From Spirochaetota bacterium (GTDB taxonomy: Bacteria; Spirochaetota; UBA4802; UBA5550), in the NCBI GenBank assembly GCA_050298055.1, contig JBNKTL010000006.1, positions 2,851 to 66,850 of the forward strand: a stretch of DNA of 64,000 nt, read 5' to 3'. The position numbers and the translations under genes are program-made. The notes under the pieces were generated by a model. It made no database searches. It was not told where the DNA came from and worked only from the letters and a program-made list of their open reading frames with translations. Positions 39,844-49,395 of this stretch are shown piece by piece. Each line of letters begins with the position of its first letter. Within the stretch, counting starts at the first letter, position 1.

Positions 39844-39980
39844 TTCTGACCACCAGAATAATATACTAAAATCCGTCCGTCCGGTCAAAAAAAAATAAAA
39901 AAATGAGAAAAAAAAACGTGAATTATTTTTCGGGCAAAAATAATTCACGCCCGCCTGTTGCAGGGGCCCTGCGGGGCTTT

Positions 39981-40005
39981 TAAGGGGTTTCACCCCTTAG
40001 ACCCC
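39981..40005. terminator. Hairpin downstream of amrS (terminator or REP-like)
   Basis: TAAGGGG-TTTCA-CCCCTTA perfect stem between amrS stop and the lipoprotein gene; no clear U-tract. Confidence 0.4.
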
Positions 40006-40038
40006 ATAAAAAGATATTTAAAATGCACCTGAAAAAAA

Positions 40039-41037
40039 TCAGTTGATAATGCCTGTCTGATAACCGCATTTTTTACATATGCCGGCTTCACAGTTTTTGA
40101 TCCCGGTGAAGTATCCGCTCCTTTCAATGAGGAGGGCCCCGCATGAAGGACAGGCAGTATCATTGCCCTTGTAGCCGGAGGGGATATTGCCGCAGTAGAC
40201 ATAAGAGAGCTTTTTGACCGCCTGGTCACAGACCTTCATCATGAGATCGATATCTGTTGCCGGGGAGTTATACCTGTAGTTGGGATAGTATCGTGATATG
40301 TGCCAGGGGATATTTTTATCAATGGATGAGATAAAATCAATGATCTCCTTCATCTCCTCCAGAGTGTCATTTATTCCGGTTACCAAAAGGGTTGTTATCT
40401 CAATGTGACACCTGCCATGGGCCTGTTCAATTGTTGATGTTACCCCTTCACGTGTTGCTTTCTGGACTTTTTTATATGTTTCGGGATTGAATGCCTTGAG
40501 ATCAATGTTCATGGCATCAGTATACTGAAGAAGTTCATCAAGAGGCTCGGGGTTTATGAACCCGTTGGTAACAAGGACATTCTTCAACCCTCTGTCTGAA
40601 ACAATCCTGGCCGTATCGACCACATATTCGAACCATATTACCGGTTCCGAGTATGTATATGCTACTCCGATGGAGTCTTTCCGGGAGGCAGCCTCCGCTA
40701 TTTCCTCGGGAGAATAGACGGTTGTCCGGGCAGAGAGGTCCTGGGAGATCTGCCAGTTCTGGCAGTAGGGACATTTCATGTTGCAGCCCCTGGTCCCTAT
40801 GGAGAGAATAGATGATGACGGATAGAAGTGGTAGAGGGGCTTCTTCTCAATGGGGTCCATGGCAACCGATGTTAGCTGGCCGTATATTTCGGAGTAGAGT
40901 TTCCCCTTTCTGTTTCTTCTTACTCCGCAGATCCCCGTCCGGTCCTCTGAAATTTTGCAGTTGTGAGGACAGAGCCTGCATTCCACACTGTTACCGTCAC
41001 GCTTTTCATAGTATGAGGCTTCTTTCATCACCGGCAA
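40039..41037 (-). CDS. amrS: AmmeMemoRadiSam system radical SAM enzyme
   Basis: CRLCPHNC, DPIEKKPLYHFYP, GCNMKCPYCQNWQISQ, YTYSEP, C-terminal CPSCG...CKKCG. Confidence 0.93.
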   Translation of the reverse strand: MPVMKEASYYEKRDGNSVECRLCPHNCKISEDRTGICGVRRNRKGKLYSEIYGQLTSVAMDPIEKKPLYHFYPSSSILSIGTRGCNMKCPYCQNWQISQDLSARTTVYSPEEIAEAASRKDSIGVAYTYSEPVIWFEYVVDTARIVSDRGLKNVLVTNGFINPEPLDELLQYTDAMNIDLKAFNPETYKKVQKATREGVTSTIEQAHGRCHIEITTLLVTGINDTLEEMKEIIDFISSIDKNIPWHISRYYPNYRYNSPATDIDLMMKVCDQAVKKLSYVYCGNIPSGYKGNDTACPSCGALLIERSGYFTGIKNCEAGICKKCGYQTGIIN

Positions 41038-41067
41038 GCCTTTTCTTTAAGGGATATATTTAATGTA

Positions 41068-41493
41068 TCAGGCAGAATCCTTCACGGCACTTTTTTCTGT
41101 TTTCTGGGCATCGGACTTCTTCTCATAGGGTTTGATCATCTCGCATTTGCCCTCAAAGACAACACCGTCCGCGATTTTAAGTTTTGCGGTCCTGATATTT
41201 CCGTAGAGGGCCCCTGTGGAATGTATCTCCAGTTTCTTGAGCGCCTCAATGTTTCCCCTCACCGTTCCCTGGAGAATGACTGTTTCAGCTTTGATATTGG
41301 CCGTTACATCAGCACCCTCTCCCACAACAAGGTAACCGCCAGAGCTTATCTCGCCCTCGAACTTTCCGTTAATCTGCAGTGACTTTGTAAAGGAAAGGTC
41401 ACCGTAAAATTCGGTGTCGTTCCCGAACACAGTTGCTATCATTCCTATATCGTATACAGGATTTTTGTTAACCTGGATAATCTTCTTCGCCAT
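41068..41493 (-). CDS. Bactofilin (polymer-forming cytoskeletal protein)
   Basis: F.GDL.F..SLQINGKFEGEI, GNI.A...LEI, GNI.T.KL.I.DGVVFEGKC.M. Confidence 0.93.
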   Translation of the reverse strand: MAKKIIQVNKNPVYDIGMIATVFGNDTEFYGDLSFTKSLQINGKFEGEISSGGYLVVGEGADVTANIKAETVILQGTVRGNIEALKKLEIHSTGALYGNIRTAKLKIADGVVFEGKCEMIKPYEKKSDAQKTEKSAVKDSA

Positions 41494-41515
41494 AAGCTGT
41501 AAAAATACTCCTGAA

Positions 41516-41737
41516 CTATTTAGTCTTCATGACATATACGCCGTCCCAATCTTCAGGCGGCGGGTCTTCTTTAAATTCATTACACCGTTTTAAGTATTCT
41601 TTTGACGGACCGTCACCGGGATCGACCTTCAGTGCCATCTCAAAGGCTTTAATGGCCTCATCCCACTTCATCTGCTTGTATGCAGTGAGCCCGAAATTGT
41701 AGTACTTTAAGACTTCTTCCTTCTCTTTGGTAATCAT
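41516..41737 (-). CDS. Small TPR protein
   Basis: Single TPR then DGPS..Y..RC...PPEDWDGVYVMKTK. Confidence 0.85.
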   Translation of the reverse strand: MITKEKEEVLKYYNFGLTAYKQMKWDEAIKAFEMALKVDPGDGPSKEYLKRCNEFKEDPPPEDWDGVYVMKTK

Positions 41738-41772
41738 ATCTCCTCCCCGAGACTATGAGTTAAAGGGAGCTC

Positions 41773-42750
41773 CTAAAAGCTCCTGTCAACAAAAAAGCCG
41801 CCTATCCGCACAAGAGTCTCCCTGTATTCAGACTCCGGAAATTCCTCAAGCATTTCCCCGGCACTGGAGATATACTCCCTGGCCGCTTCAAGAGAATATT
41901 CTACTCCACCGGAATTCTTCAACTCTTTTTTTATAATCTCCCAATTCTCCCTTTTGGGATCAGCGGCCATATCCCTGAACTGCTTCCTCTTCTCTTCATC
42001 CATATTGTCAAGCATCTGAAGAAAGGGGAGAGTCACCTTCCCATCCATAAAGTCGTTCCCTGTGTCTTTCCCGGTTATTGTATTATCAATAACGTCAAGT
42101 GTATCATCCACGATCTGAAAGGCAAAACCGAGATTGAGGCCGAAACTAAAAAGCCGGTCGCATGTCTCCTCCGGGAAACCGGCCATCTGCCCCCCCAGCT
42201 TGGCGCATGCGCCCATGAACCGGGCAGTCTTCAGTTCTATGATGTTGAAGTAATGTTCCCTGTTGATCACATCAACCGCCGAGTACTGGAGCTGGTAGAG
42301 TTCACCCTTGACCATGTCACGCGTGGCCTGAACGATAACGGGAAACATCTCCGGTTTTCCCATGCTGACAATGGTATCCAGGGCCATTGTGTACATGAAG
42401 TCCCCCGCAAGGACCGCCACTTTATTGCCCCACTTTTCCGATACGGTAATATCTCCCCGCCTCAGCAGCGATTTATCAATAATATCATCATGGACAAGGG
42501 TAGCGGCATGGCATATCTCCGTAGCCGAGGCCACTTCAACGATCCGGTCAGGGGGAGTCCCCCTGAGGCCCCCGGCCAGGATAACCAGGGCGGCCCTTAT
42601 CTTCTTCCCTCCTTTAATGAAGAGATGAAGCGACGTATTGTCTATAACCGGCACCCCTGTTGTAAGTTTTTCTTTTATATCACTGTCAACCTCATCCAGG
42701 TAACCGCTGACAGGTTCTAATATTGACTTTAAATCCGGTTTCATATTCAT
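41773..42750 (-). CDS. Polyprenyl diphosphate synthase
   Basis: GGKKIR, LVHDDIID, RRG, KTA, FQIVDD, GKDTGND. Confidence 0.95.
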   Translation of the reverse strand: MNMKPDLKSILEPVSGYLDEVDSDIKEKLTTGVPVIDNTSLHLFIKGGKKIRAALVILAGGLRGTPPDRIVEVASATEICHAATLVHDDIIDKSLLRRGDITVSEKWGNKVAVLAGDFMYTMALDTIVSMGKPEMFPVIVQATRDMVKGELYQLQYSAVDVINREHYFNIIELKTARFMGACAKLGGQMAGFPEETCDRLFSFGLNLGFAFQIVDDTLDVIDNTITGKDTGNDFMDGKVTLPFLQMLDNMDEEKRKQFRDMAADPKRENWEIIKKELKNSGGVEYSLEAAREYISSAGEMLEEFPESEYRETLVRIGGFFVDRSF

Positions 42751-42773
42751 ATTAAGTTTTCAGGGGAGAAATA

Positions 42774-43109
42774 TCAGTCAAAGGTCCCCAGGCATTCTCT
42801 TTTTGAATCGTATATTTCAAACACCTTGTCGAGCATGGTTGTCTGGAACAGTTTCAGAAGATTGTCACTTATAATGACCAGCTTGATGTCCCCCTCATGG
42901 TCCTTGATCCTTCTCTTGACAGCAACAAGCACTCCCAGAGCGGAACTGCATATATGCTTAACATCGATCATATCAATACAGATATTATACTGTTTTTTGT
43001 CAAGGCACTCTTGCAAAACAGTTTCCAGTTCCTCGGAACTATCCTGATCAATCCTTCCGTCAAGGGTAATTATCTCGATATTATCATGGACAGATCGCTT
43101 CATTTTCAA
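42774..43109 (-). CDS. STAS domain anti-sigma factor antagonist
   Basis: LDGRID, ID..DV.HICSSALGVL, GDIKL, VFEIY. Confidence 0.9.
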   Translation of the reverse strand: MKMKRSVHDNIEIITLDGRIDQDSSEELETVLQECLDKKQYNICIDMIDVKHICSSALGVLVAVKRRIKDHEGDIKLVIISDNLLKLFQTTMLDKVFEIYDSKRECLGTFD

Positions 43110-43225
43110 AACTCCACATTTATTTAATTTATGAGGATAACGACTGAGCTTAATGATTTACATTTACACATAGATGAAAATGAGAAAAGCTTTAATGGCA
43201 TTATTATTATTATTTTATGACAATT

Positions 43226-43957
43226 TCAAGCTTTTTTTACACCGGTCCGGGCAATAGTCACGGAAAAAACATTTTCCGCCCCTTCTTCACGGAGGACCCG
43301 GGCACACTCGTTTATTGTTGCCCCGGTGGTAAAGATGTCATCCACCAGCAATATCCGCTTACCGCCGATATCCACACCTTTTTTAACGCCAAACCTGTTG
43401 ATGATATTAAGAAACCTCTCCCGGTAACCGAGAAATTTCTGTCCTCCTCTCTTTCCCTTTTCATAAAGAAGTTCCCTGTACGGTTTTTTCAGTACACCGG
43501 AGAGGAGCTTTGATATCTCCTCCGAGTGGTTATATCCTCTCTTCCACTTCTTTCGCCTGCTTACCGGTACCGAAGTCAGTATGTCAACATCAAGATCCTT
43601 TAAGTCAGTATGTTTGAAAACAGCCCCGGCAATTATCCGCTTCAGGGCCCTTCTTCCCTTAAACTTGTAGTTTTCAATAATCTCCTTCATTACACCGGAA
43701 AAATCCGCCATGCAGATGTTCCTTTCAAGATAGAATTCCCTGCTTCCGCAGATGGTGCACTCCCCATTGTCCATGATGCCGGAACACCTGCCGCAGCTCT
43801 CCCCGAGATAATCAATTTCATCAAAGCATGAAGAGCAGAGGTTCCTGTCTGATACTGATATGCTGCATCCGCACCTTACGCAGTTCCCGGGGACGAAAAG
43901 ATCAAGAAGGAGGAGAGGGAGCTGCCTGATATACCCCCTGCCCGGATGATCAGTCAC
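43226..43957 (-). CDS. comF: ComF family protein
   Basis: N-terminal Cys pairs, RGYNHS, LLVDDIFTTGAT PRPP-binding motif. Confidence 0.92.
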   Translation of the reverse strand: MTDHPGRGYIRQLPLLLLDLFVPGNCVRCGCSISVSDRNLCSSCFDEIDYLGESCGRCSGIMDNGECTICGSREFYLERNICMADFSGVMKEIIENYKFKGRRALKRIIAGAVFKHTDLKDLDVDILTSVPVSRRKKWKRGYNHSEEISKLLSGVLKKPYRELLYEKGKRGGQKFLGYRERFLNIINRFGVKKGVDIGGKRILLVDDIFTTGATINECARVLREEGAENVFSVTIARTGVKKA

Positions 43958-44651
43958 TGCAATCCCTGTACCGGGCGGGGTCCTTTATTCCCGATTTATG
44001 AAAGCCCCGTCTCCTGATGGTACAGCTGTCACAGACCCCGCAGGAAACACCATCTTCATCGGGATCATAGCAGCTGTGGGTCATTGAGTAATCCACTCCC
44101 AGTTCTGTCCCCTTTTTAATAATATCCGACTTTTCCATCTTAAGAAGGGGCGCTTCAATGTTAAAGCAGTCACCGGAAATACCCGCCTTTGTTCCCGTGT
44201 TGGCCATCTTGTTGAAAGCCTCAATAAATTCCGGCCTGCAGTCCGGGTAGCCGCTGTAGTCAACGGCATTGGCACCTATGAAGATGTCACGTGCGCCTAT
44301 GGACTCGGCATAGGCGAGGGCATATGAGAGGAAGAGTATATTCCTTGCGGGAACATAGGTCACCGGGATTGTTTCTCCGTTGACATCTCTTCCCTTTTTC
44401 GGCACTTCAATAACGGAATTTTTCATAAGTGCGGAGTGGAAGATCTGCCCGGGAAGCTCAATAATGATATGGTCTTTGATATTGAAAAACACCGCCAGTT
44501 TTTTCGCGGACTCTATCTCTACATCGTGCCTCTGCCCGTAGCTGAATGTCAGCGCGGAAATCCGGAAGCCCCTTCCCTGTGCAATGGCAGCCGTTGTGGC
44601 CGAATCGAGGCCTCCACTGAGGAGAACTACCGCTTTTTTTGCTTCTTTCAT
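43950..44651 (-). CDS. queC: 7-cyano-7-deazaguanine synthase
   Basis: LLSGGLDS, YGQRH, TYVPARN, DYSGYPDCR, SCY...CGVCDSC. Confidence 0.97.
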   Translation of the reverse strand: MKEAKKAVVLLSGGLDSATTAAIAQGRGFRISALTFSYGQRHDVEIESAKKLAVFFNIKDHIIIELPGQIFHSALMKNSVIEVPKKGRDVNGETIPVTYVPARNILFLSYALAYAESIGARDIFIGANAVDYSGYPDCRPEFIEAFNKMANTGTKAGISGDCFNIEAPLLKMEKSDIIKKGTELGVDYSMTHSCYDPDEDGVSCGVCDSCTIRRRGFHKSGIKDPARYRDCSD

Positions 44652-44717
44652 ATCAACCTTCTACTTGCTGTTCTTACCTTTGTTGTTTCCATCCCCTTCT
44701 TTCCCCAATTTCTCTTT

Positions 44718-44795
44718 CCCCCCCCAGCCCCCAAAGGGGGCGTAAGATTTATACTATAAATCCTCTTATACCCCCTCCGGGATTATGGGGCTTTA
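44718..44795. repeat. G/C-tract REP-like dyad, copy B
   Basis: CCCCCAGCCCCCAAAGGGGGCGTAAGA...TCTTATACCCCCTCCGGGATTATGGGGCTTTA. Confidence 0.65.
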
Positions 44796-44878
44796 TGGAT
44801 ACGAACATATATACTATTAATACTGCCGGGATTTAAAAAAATAAAGTTTTTTTTATCACAGAGTGAATTTTTTATTTC

Positions 44879-46195
44879 TCAATGAACAAACTTTCTCATC
44901 CTGATATTGATCAGGATGCCTATGGCCAGCATGGACATGACCAGGTTTGAGCCTCCGTAGGAAACGAAACTGAGGGGGAGTCCCGTCACCGGCATGATCC
45001 CTATGACCATCCCGATATTTATCAGGGAGTGGAAAAAGAAGATTGCGGTAATTCCGCTTGCAAGAAGCGCGCCGAACTTGTCCTTTGCTTCAAATGATAT
45101 CTGGATCCCTCTGAAAATGAGAATCATCATCAGGAGTATAACAAGTATTGCCCCGATAAACCCCCACTCCTCCGCGACCACCGCGAAGATAAAATCAGAG
45201 GACTTCTCGGGAAGAAAACCGAGCTGTGACTGGGTCCCCTTGAGAAAACCCTTCCCGATAAATCCCCCGGAACCGATAGCTATCTTGGACTGGATGATAT
45301 TATAACCTGAACCGTGGGGATCGAGGTCAGGGTTCAGAAATACCAGGATCCTCTTCTTCTGGTAGTCGTGAAAGAACTTCTGGATGATTACCGAAAAGAG
45401 GAGACCCAGGGAGATAACAGCCCCCGGAATGTAGATTTTCCGCATTACCTTTTTTACCAGCATCCTGTGCGCAACATAAGAAAGAACGGAGAGCAGGAGT
45501 AAAATCCCCGATACAAGAAAGAGCATGTTAACATCCTTGAAAAAGTCGAGGATAAAGTTGGTATCCTGGACCCCGACCCATTCCCTGTATGTTATGATCA
45601 TGGGAACGATAAGCGCGATCCCGAATACCGTAATAATGGAAAGAAGGTGGAAGACATCCGCTCCTCCCACGAAGAGCATGGTAAAGAGAATCGGAATAAA
45701 TATTATTGCCGTCCCGAAGTCGGGCTGTTTGGCAACGATGACCACCGGAACAAGTGTTATGAGAGAAGGAATCAGGAGCTCCCTGAAATTCTTGATGTCC
45801 CTCTCACGGAGTTCAAGATACTTCCCCAGGACGATGACAAGGACCAGTTTCATGAACTCCGACGGCTGAATGTTAAACATGCCGAGATTGAGCCAGGCAC
45901 GGGTGTTTCTTATGGGAGTCCCGAATATTGTGGTGAAGAGAAGTATGACCGCAAGCAGACCGTAGAGATGGAGTGAATAGTCACCCAACTGCTGGTAGTT
46001 GACAAAAGTAACTGCCAGCATCATGAGAAATCCGAAGATAAACCAGAGTATCTGTTTTTTAAAGAGACCGCTGTTTGTCTTGACAATGGGATCAAACCCG
46101 GTACTGTATATCATCAGTATTCCCAGGGCCGTGAGTATAATCACCGTAATGACCAGCAGGTAGTCAATCTTGTAGATCCCGTCAATCTTTCTCAT
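44879..46195 (-). CDS. rodA: Rod shape-determining protein RodA
   Basis: QPSEFMK, QPDFGT, GYNIIQSKIAIGSGG, FLPE..SDFIF, TGLPL.FVSYGGS; follows mrdA. Confidence 0.95.
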   Translation of the reverse strand: MRKIDGIYKIDYLLVITVIILTALGILMIYSTGFDPIVKTNSGLFKKQILWFIFGFLMMLAVTFVNYQQLGDYSLHLYGLLAVILLFTTIFGTPIRNTRAWLNLGMFNIQPSEFMKLVLVIVLGKYLELRERDIKNFRELLIPSLITLVPVVIVAKQPDFGTAIIFIPILFTMLFVGGADVFHLLSIITVFGIALIVPMIITYREWVGVQDTNFILDFFKDVNMLFLVSGILLLLSVLSYVAHRMLVKKVMRKIYIPGAVISLGLLFSVIIQKFFHDYQKKRILVFLNPDLDPHGSGYNIIQSKIAIGSGGFIGKGFLKGTQSQLGFLPEKSSDFIFAVVAEEWGFIGAILVILLMMILIFRGIQISFEAKDKFGALLASGITAIFFFHSLINIGMVIGIMPVTGLPLSFVSYGGSNLVMSMLAIGILINIRMRKFVH

Positions 46196-48021
46196 TTAAA
46201 ATATCCCAGCTCTTCCATTTTTGAAATCATCTTGCCGGCAACAGGCAGGGCACTCATAGCGCCCCACTGTCCGTACTCTACCATTACGGCAACGGCAATC
46301 GCTTTCTCCGCAGGGGCGTCATAGGGGGCGTACCCGATATACCAGGCATGCTGAGTGGCATCCTCTTTCCTGATTGAACGGGTCTGCGCGGTACCGGTCT
46401 TACCGGCAACCTGTACCTTCATATTCTTAAGCAGCTGCTGTGTACCAATAAGCACACCCATCCTCATGCCGGTCTTGATGCTCTTAAGAGTAAGGGGAGA
46501 GAGAGGAGTTTCCCTGAGCCTTTCCTTTGTATATCCCTTTACGACCCTGCTGTTGTCGGCTGTTCGGATCTCCTTTATGACCTTGGGTTTGTAGACGATA
46601 CCGTTGTTGACAATGGCCGCGACCAGATTGACCATGGCGATGGGAGTAATGTTGAGGAAACCCTGCCCTATGGACATGTTCAGGGTATCACCGTCAAACC
46701 ATGATTGGCCGTAAGTCCGGAGCTTCCATTTCCGGGAAGGGATAAAGCTCTTCTCCTCACCCGGTATATCGATCCCTGTTTTCTGGTCCAGACCGAGGTA
46801 TCCCGCGTAGGTCATTATCGAGGTGGGTCCTATCTGGTAACCGAGCCTGTAGAAATAGACACTGCAGGAGTGGGCTATGGCGTTCTGCAAATCGAGATTG
46901 CCATGGGCCTGGATACAGTAGAAGTCTTTGTCCCTGTACCCTTTGAGAGTATACTTTCCGGGACAAAAGAAGACCTTACCGGGATAGGACTTTTCGGTCT
47001 CCAGGGCCGCTATTGCCGTTACCAGCTTAAAGGTGGACGCGGGAGGATATTTCGCCTGTATGACCCTGTTAAGGAAAGGCCTGTCCTTGTCCTTCAACAG
47101 CTTACTGATGATTTCGCCGTTGTCCTTTGAAATCATCTGGTTGGGATCAAAATCGGGCTTGCTGACCAGGGCGATGACCTCACCGGTAGAGACCTTGATG
47201 GCAATGGCGGAACCCTTCTTCTCTCCCAGGGCCTCGCGGGCGGCCTTCTGGACCTCATAATCAAGGGTCAGAATGATATTGCTGCCGGAAACAGGTTCAA
47301 GACCCACCTGTTCCCCTTCGGTACGGTTTTTTACATCAACAATTCTCTTTATAAAACCGTCCTTTCCCCGGAGCAGGCTGTCATAATTTTTCTCGATACC
47401 TGTTTTCCCGATCTTCTGGTAGTACCTGTACCCGGAACGCTTCAGCCGGCCATACTCCTCCCTGCTGATACTGCCGATATATCCCACAACATGGGCAAAA
47501 ATGTTGTTGAAGTTGTAGACTCTCACCGGCGCGTCTTCCCAGTCGATGTTCGGTACAAGGTGCTGATTGGAAGCAATCCTCACAATTGATTCAAAATTCA
47601 CATCTTCGATTATGACAATTCTCTCCCAGGGGTTCCTCTCCCTGAGGTCAAGATTTATATTCTCCTCGGGAATCTTAAGGAGATTTCGCAGATTATCCAT
47701 GACTCTTTTCATTTTCTTTCTGGATTTAAACCGCGCGGGGATGGTGGTAATATTAAATGAAGGCCGGTTTGTGACGACACTCACGCCGGGTTTGTTCCCG
47801 GTAAAAGTCCTGTCGTAGATCTCTCCCCTTGTTGCGGGGATGGGGATAAAGTCCTCCATATTGGACCGGGACTTCTCCCTGTATTCACTGCCATGAATGA
47901 TCTGGAGATTGATAAGCTGAATGATAAGGGCAAGGAAGATAAGAGAAACAACTGTTATGAAAAAATACATCCTGAATCTGAAAGCTTCCAACATCCTGCC
48001 TTTTAGGGATGTCTGAACCAT
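46192..48021 (-). CDS. mrdA: Penicillin-binding protein 2
   Basis: RGEIYDR, GKTGIE, YPPASTFK, SCS.YFY, AGKTGTAQ. Start at MVQTSLK just after the mreD stop. Confidence 0.95.
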   Translation of the reverse strand: MVQTSLKGRMLEAFRFRMYFFITVVSLIFLALIIQLINLQIIHGSEYREKSRSNMEDFIPIPATRGEIYDRTFTGNKPGVSVVTNRPSFNITTIPARFKSRKKMKRVMDNLRNLLKIPEENINLDLRERNPWERIVIIEDVNFESIVRIASNQHLVPNIDWEDAPVRVYNFNNIFAHVVGYIGSISREEYGRLKRSGYRYYQKIGKTGIEKNYDSLLRGKDGFIKRIVDVKNRTEGEQVGLEPVSGSNIILTLDYEVQKAAREALGEKKGSAIAIKVSTGEVIALVSKPDFDPNQMISKDNGEIISKLLKDKDRPFLNRVIQAKYPPASTFKLVTAIAALETEKSYPGKVFFCPGKYTLKGYRDKDFYCIQAHGNLDLQNAIAHSCSVYFYRLGYQIGPTSIMTYAGYLGLDQKTGIDIPGEEKSFIPSRKWKLRTYGQSWFDGDTLNMSIGQGFLNITPIAMVNLVAAIVNNGIVYKPKVIKEIRTADNSRVVKGYTKERLRETPLSPLTLKSIKTGMRMGVLIGTQQLLKNMKVQVAGKTGTAQTRSIRKEDATQHAWYIGYAPYDAPAEKAIAVAVMVEYGQWGAMSALPVAGKMISKMEELGYFK

Positions 48022-48022
48022 C

Positions 48023-48526
48023 TTAGAGATTGCCCCCCTTTTCAATCTCGTTCTGGAAGATCCTGTCAAATATGAAAAAGAGGGGCGGGGCCAGTATGGC
48101 ATTGTAAAAGGATTCCGGCAGAATAATGCCCAGTGACTCCGATACCATGGATTCGTGAAAGACATAACAGATCATCAGTGTGATAATACCTTTAAGAATT
48201 GACGCAATAAACAGGAGCAGTGTAATTGTAACCAGGTTGCTCTTAATGACAGACCGTCCCAGCATCCCTATGACAAAACCCATGGCCATTTTCGGAAACG
48301 CAAGGAGTCCCAGCGGAGAGTTGGATATTGAATCGTGAAAAAGTCCGCCGATAAACCCGGTAACTTCACCATAGAAAGAACCGAAGCTGTAACCGCAAAA
48401 GATCACCAGGATAAAAAGGAGGTCCGGTTTAACTCCCGCGATCCTTATGACATCAAAGGAGGAATGCCCCTGCACAATAAGGCAGATAAGAGCCAATACC
48501 GCTGTATATATATATGAAAATATCAT
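48023..48526 (-). CDS. mreD: Rod shape-determining protein MreD
   Basis: Hydrophobic, GVKPDL, GF..GL..D; lies between mreC and mrdA. Confidence 0.9.
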   Translation of the reverse strand: MIFSYIYTAVLALICLIVQGHSSFDVIRIAGVKPDLLFILVIFCGYSFGSFYGEVTGFIGGLFHDSISNSPLGLLAFPKMAMGFVIGMLGRSVIKSNLVTITLLLFIASILKGIITLMICYVFHESMVSESLGIILPESFYNAILAPPLFFIFDRIFQNEIEKGGNL

Positions 48527-49386
48527 TTTTTCCCTTCAAACAGCTCCACCAGGTCTTTATCGGGCACTTTTAAAACAACAAAAACCTCCTCCAGGAGGTT
48601 ATAGTCGATGGCCGGTTTGACAATGATCTTCTGATAAGCGCTGGATTCCAGTATTTCGGATTTCAGGACCTTCCCTACCAGGAGCCCCGGCGGGAATACA
48701 CCCCCCTGGCCCGATGTAATCAAAATACTGCCAAACTTCACCTCGGCATTTCTGCTCACATAATCAACGACCGAGAGATTGGAATTACTGGAATACCCCC
48801 TGAGCAGCCCCGGGTACCTGCTCTCCTGAAACTTGATTCCGATCCTGATATCGGTCGATATGATAGGAATAATTCTGGATATACTTCCTCTTGCTTCGGC
48901 TATCTTTCCCACAATGGCCTTGTTCCCGTTCTGGAAGGCCAGAACAGGCATGTTGACCTGTATACCGTTGTCACTGCCCCGGTCGATAATCAGCGTCCGG
49001 AACCAGTTGTCCGGGTCTTTTGATATAACGGTTGCCGGTATGGATTCGTAGGGGATCTTCTCCTTTCTGCCGAGAAGATTTCTGAATCTCCTGTTTTCAT
49101 TCTTTATTTCACTTATTTCTTCCGTAAGGGTCTCATAAAGCTGGAGCTTCTTCCGGGTCTTCCGAAGTTCTTCCCTGACTTCATTGAGTTCGGTATAGCC
49201 CTTCCACATCCTGCTCAAACCGTTCTGAAATCCGTTATAGGCTTTCTGGAACGGAGTGGTAAGAGCGCTCCCGATACCCTCAATTGAAAATGTAAAAGTA
49301 CTCGATTGCGTTGACAGTGAGATTATGCAGAAGAGCGTAAACGCACAGAATGCAACAATGGTTCTATGTCGTATAAAAAATTCCAC
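48523..49386 (-). CDS. mreC: Rod shape-determining protein MreC
   Basis: TM, coiled coil ENRRFR.LL, IIDRGS..GI, TSG.GGVFPPGL.VG. Confidence 0.93.
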   Translation of the reverse strand: MEFFIRHRTIVAFCAFTLFCIISLSTQSSTFTFSIEGIGSALTTPFQKAYNGFQNGLSRMWKGYTELNEVREELRKTRKKLQLYETLTEEISEIKNENRRFRNLLGRKEKIPYESIPATVISKDPDNWFRTLIIDRGSDNGIQVNMPVLAFQNGNKAIVGKIAEARGSISRIIPIISTDIRIGIKFQESRYPGLLRGYSSNSNLSVVDYVSRNAEVKFGSILITSGQGGVFPPGLLVGKVLKSEILESSAYQKIIVKPAIDYNLLEEVFVVLKVPDKDLVELFEGKK

Positions 49387-49395
49387 CTGAACAGA

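Noticed and set aside
40039..41037. Radical SAM gene as the maturase for the SbtA-like peptide
   Set aside because: Motifs identify it as AmrS rather than a SPASM-type peptide maturase, and it lies 36 kb away.
44652..44878. preQ1 riboswitch upstream of queC
   Set aside because: The region is occupied by a REP-like dyad; I could not identify a preQ1 aptamer.
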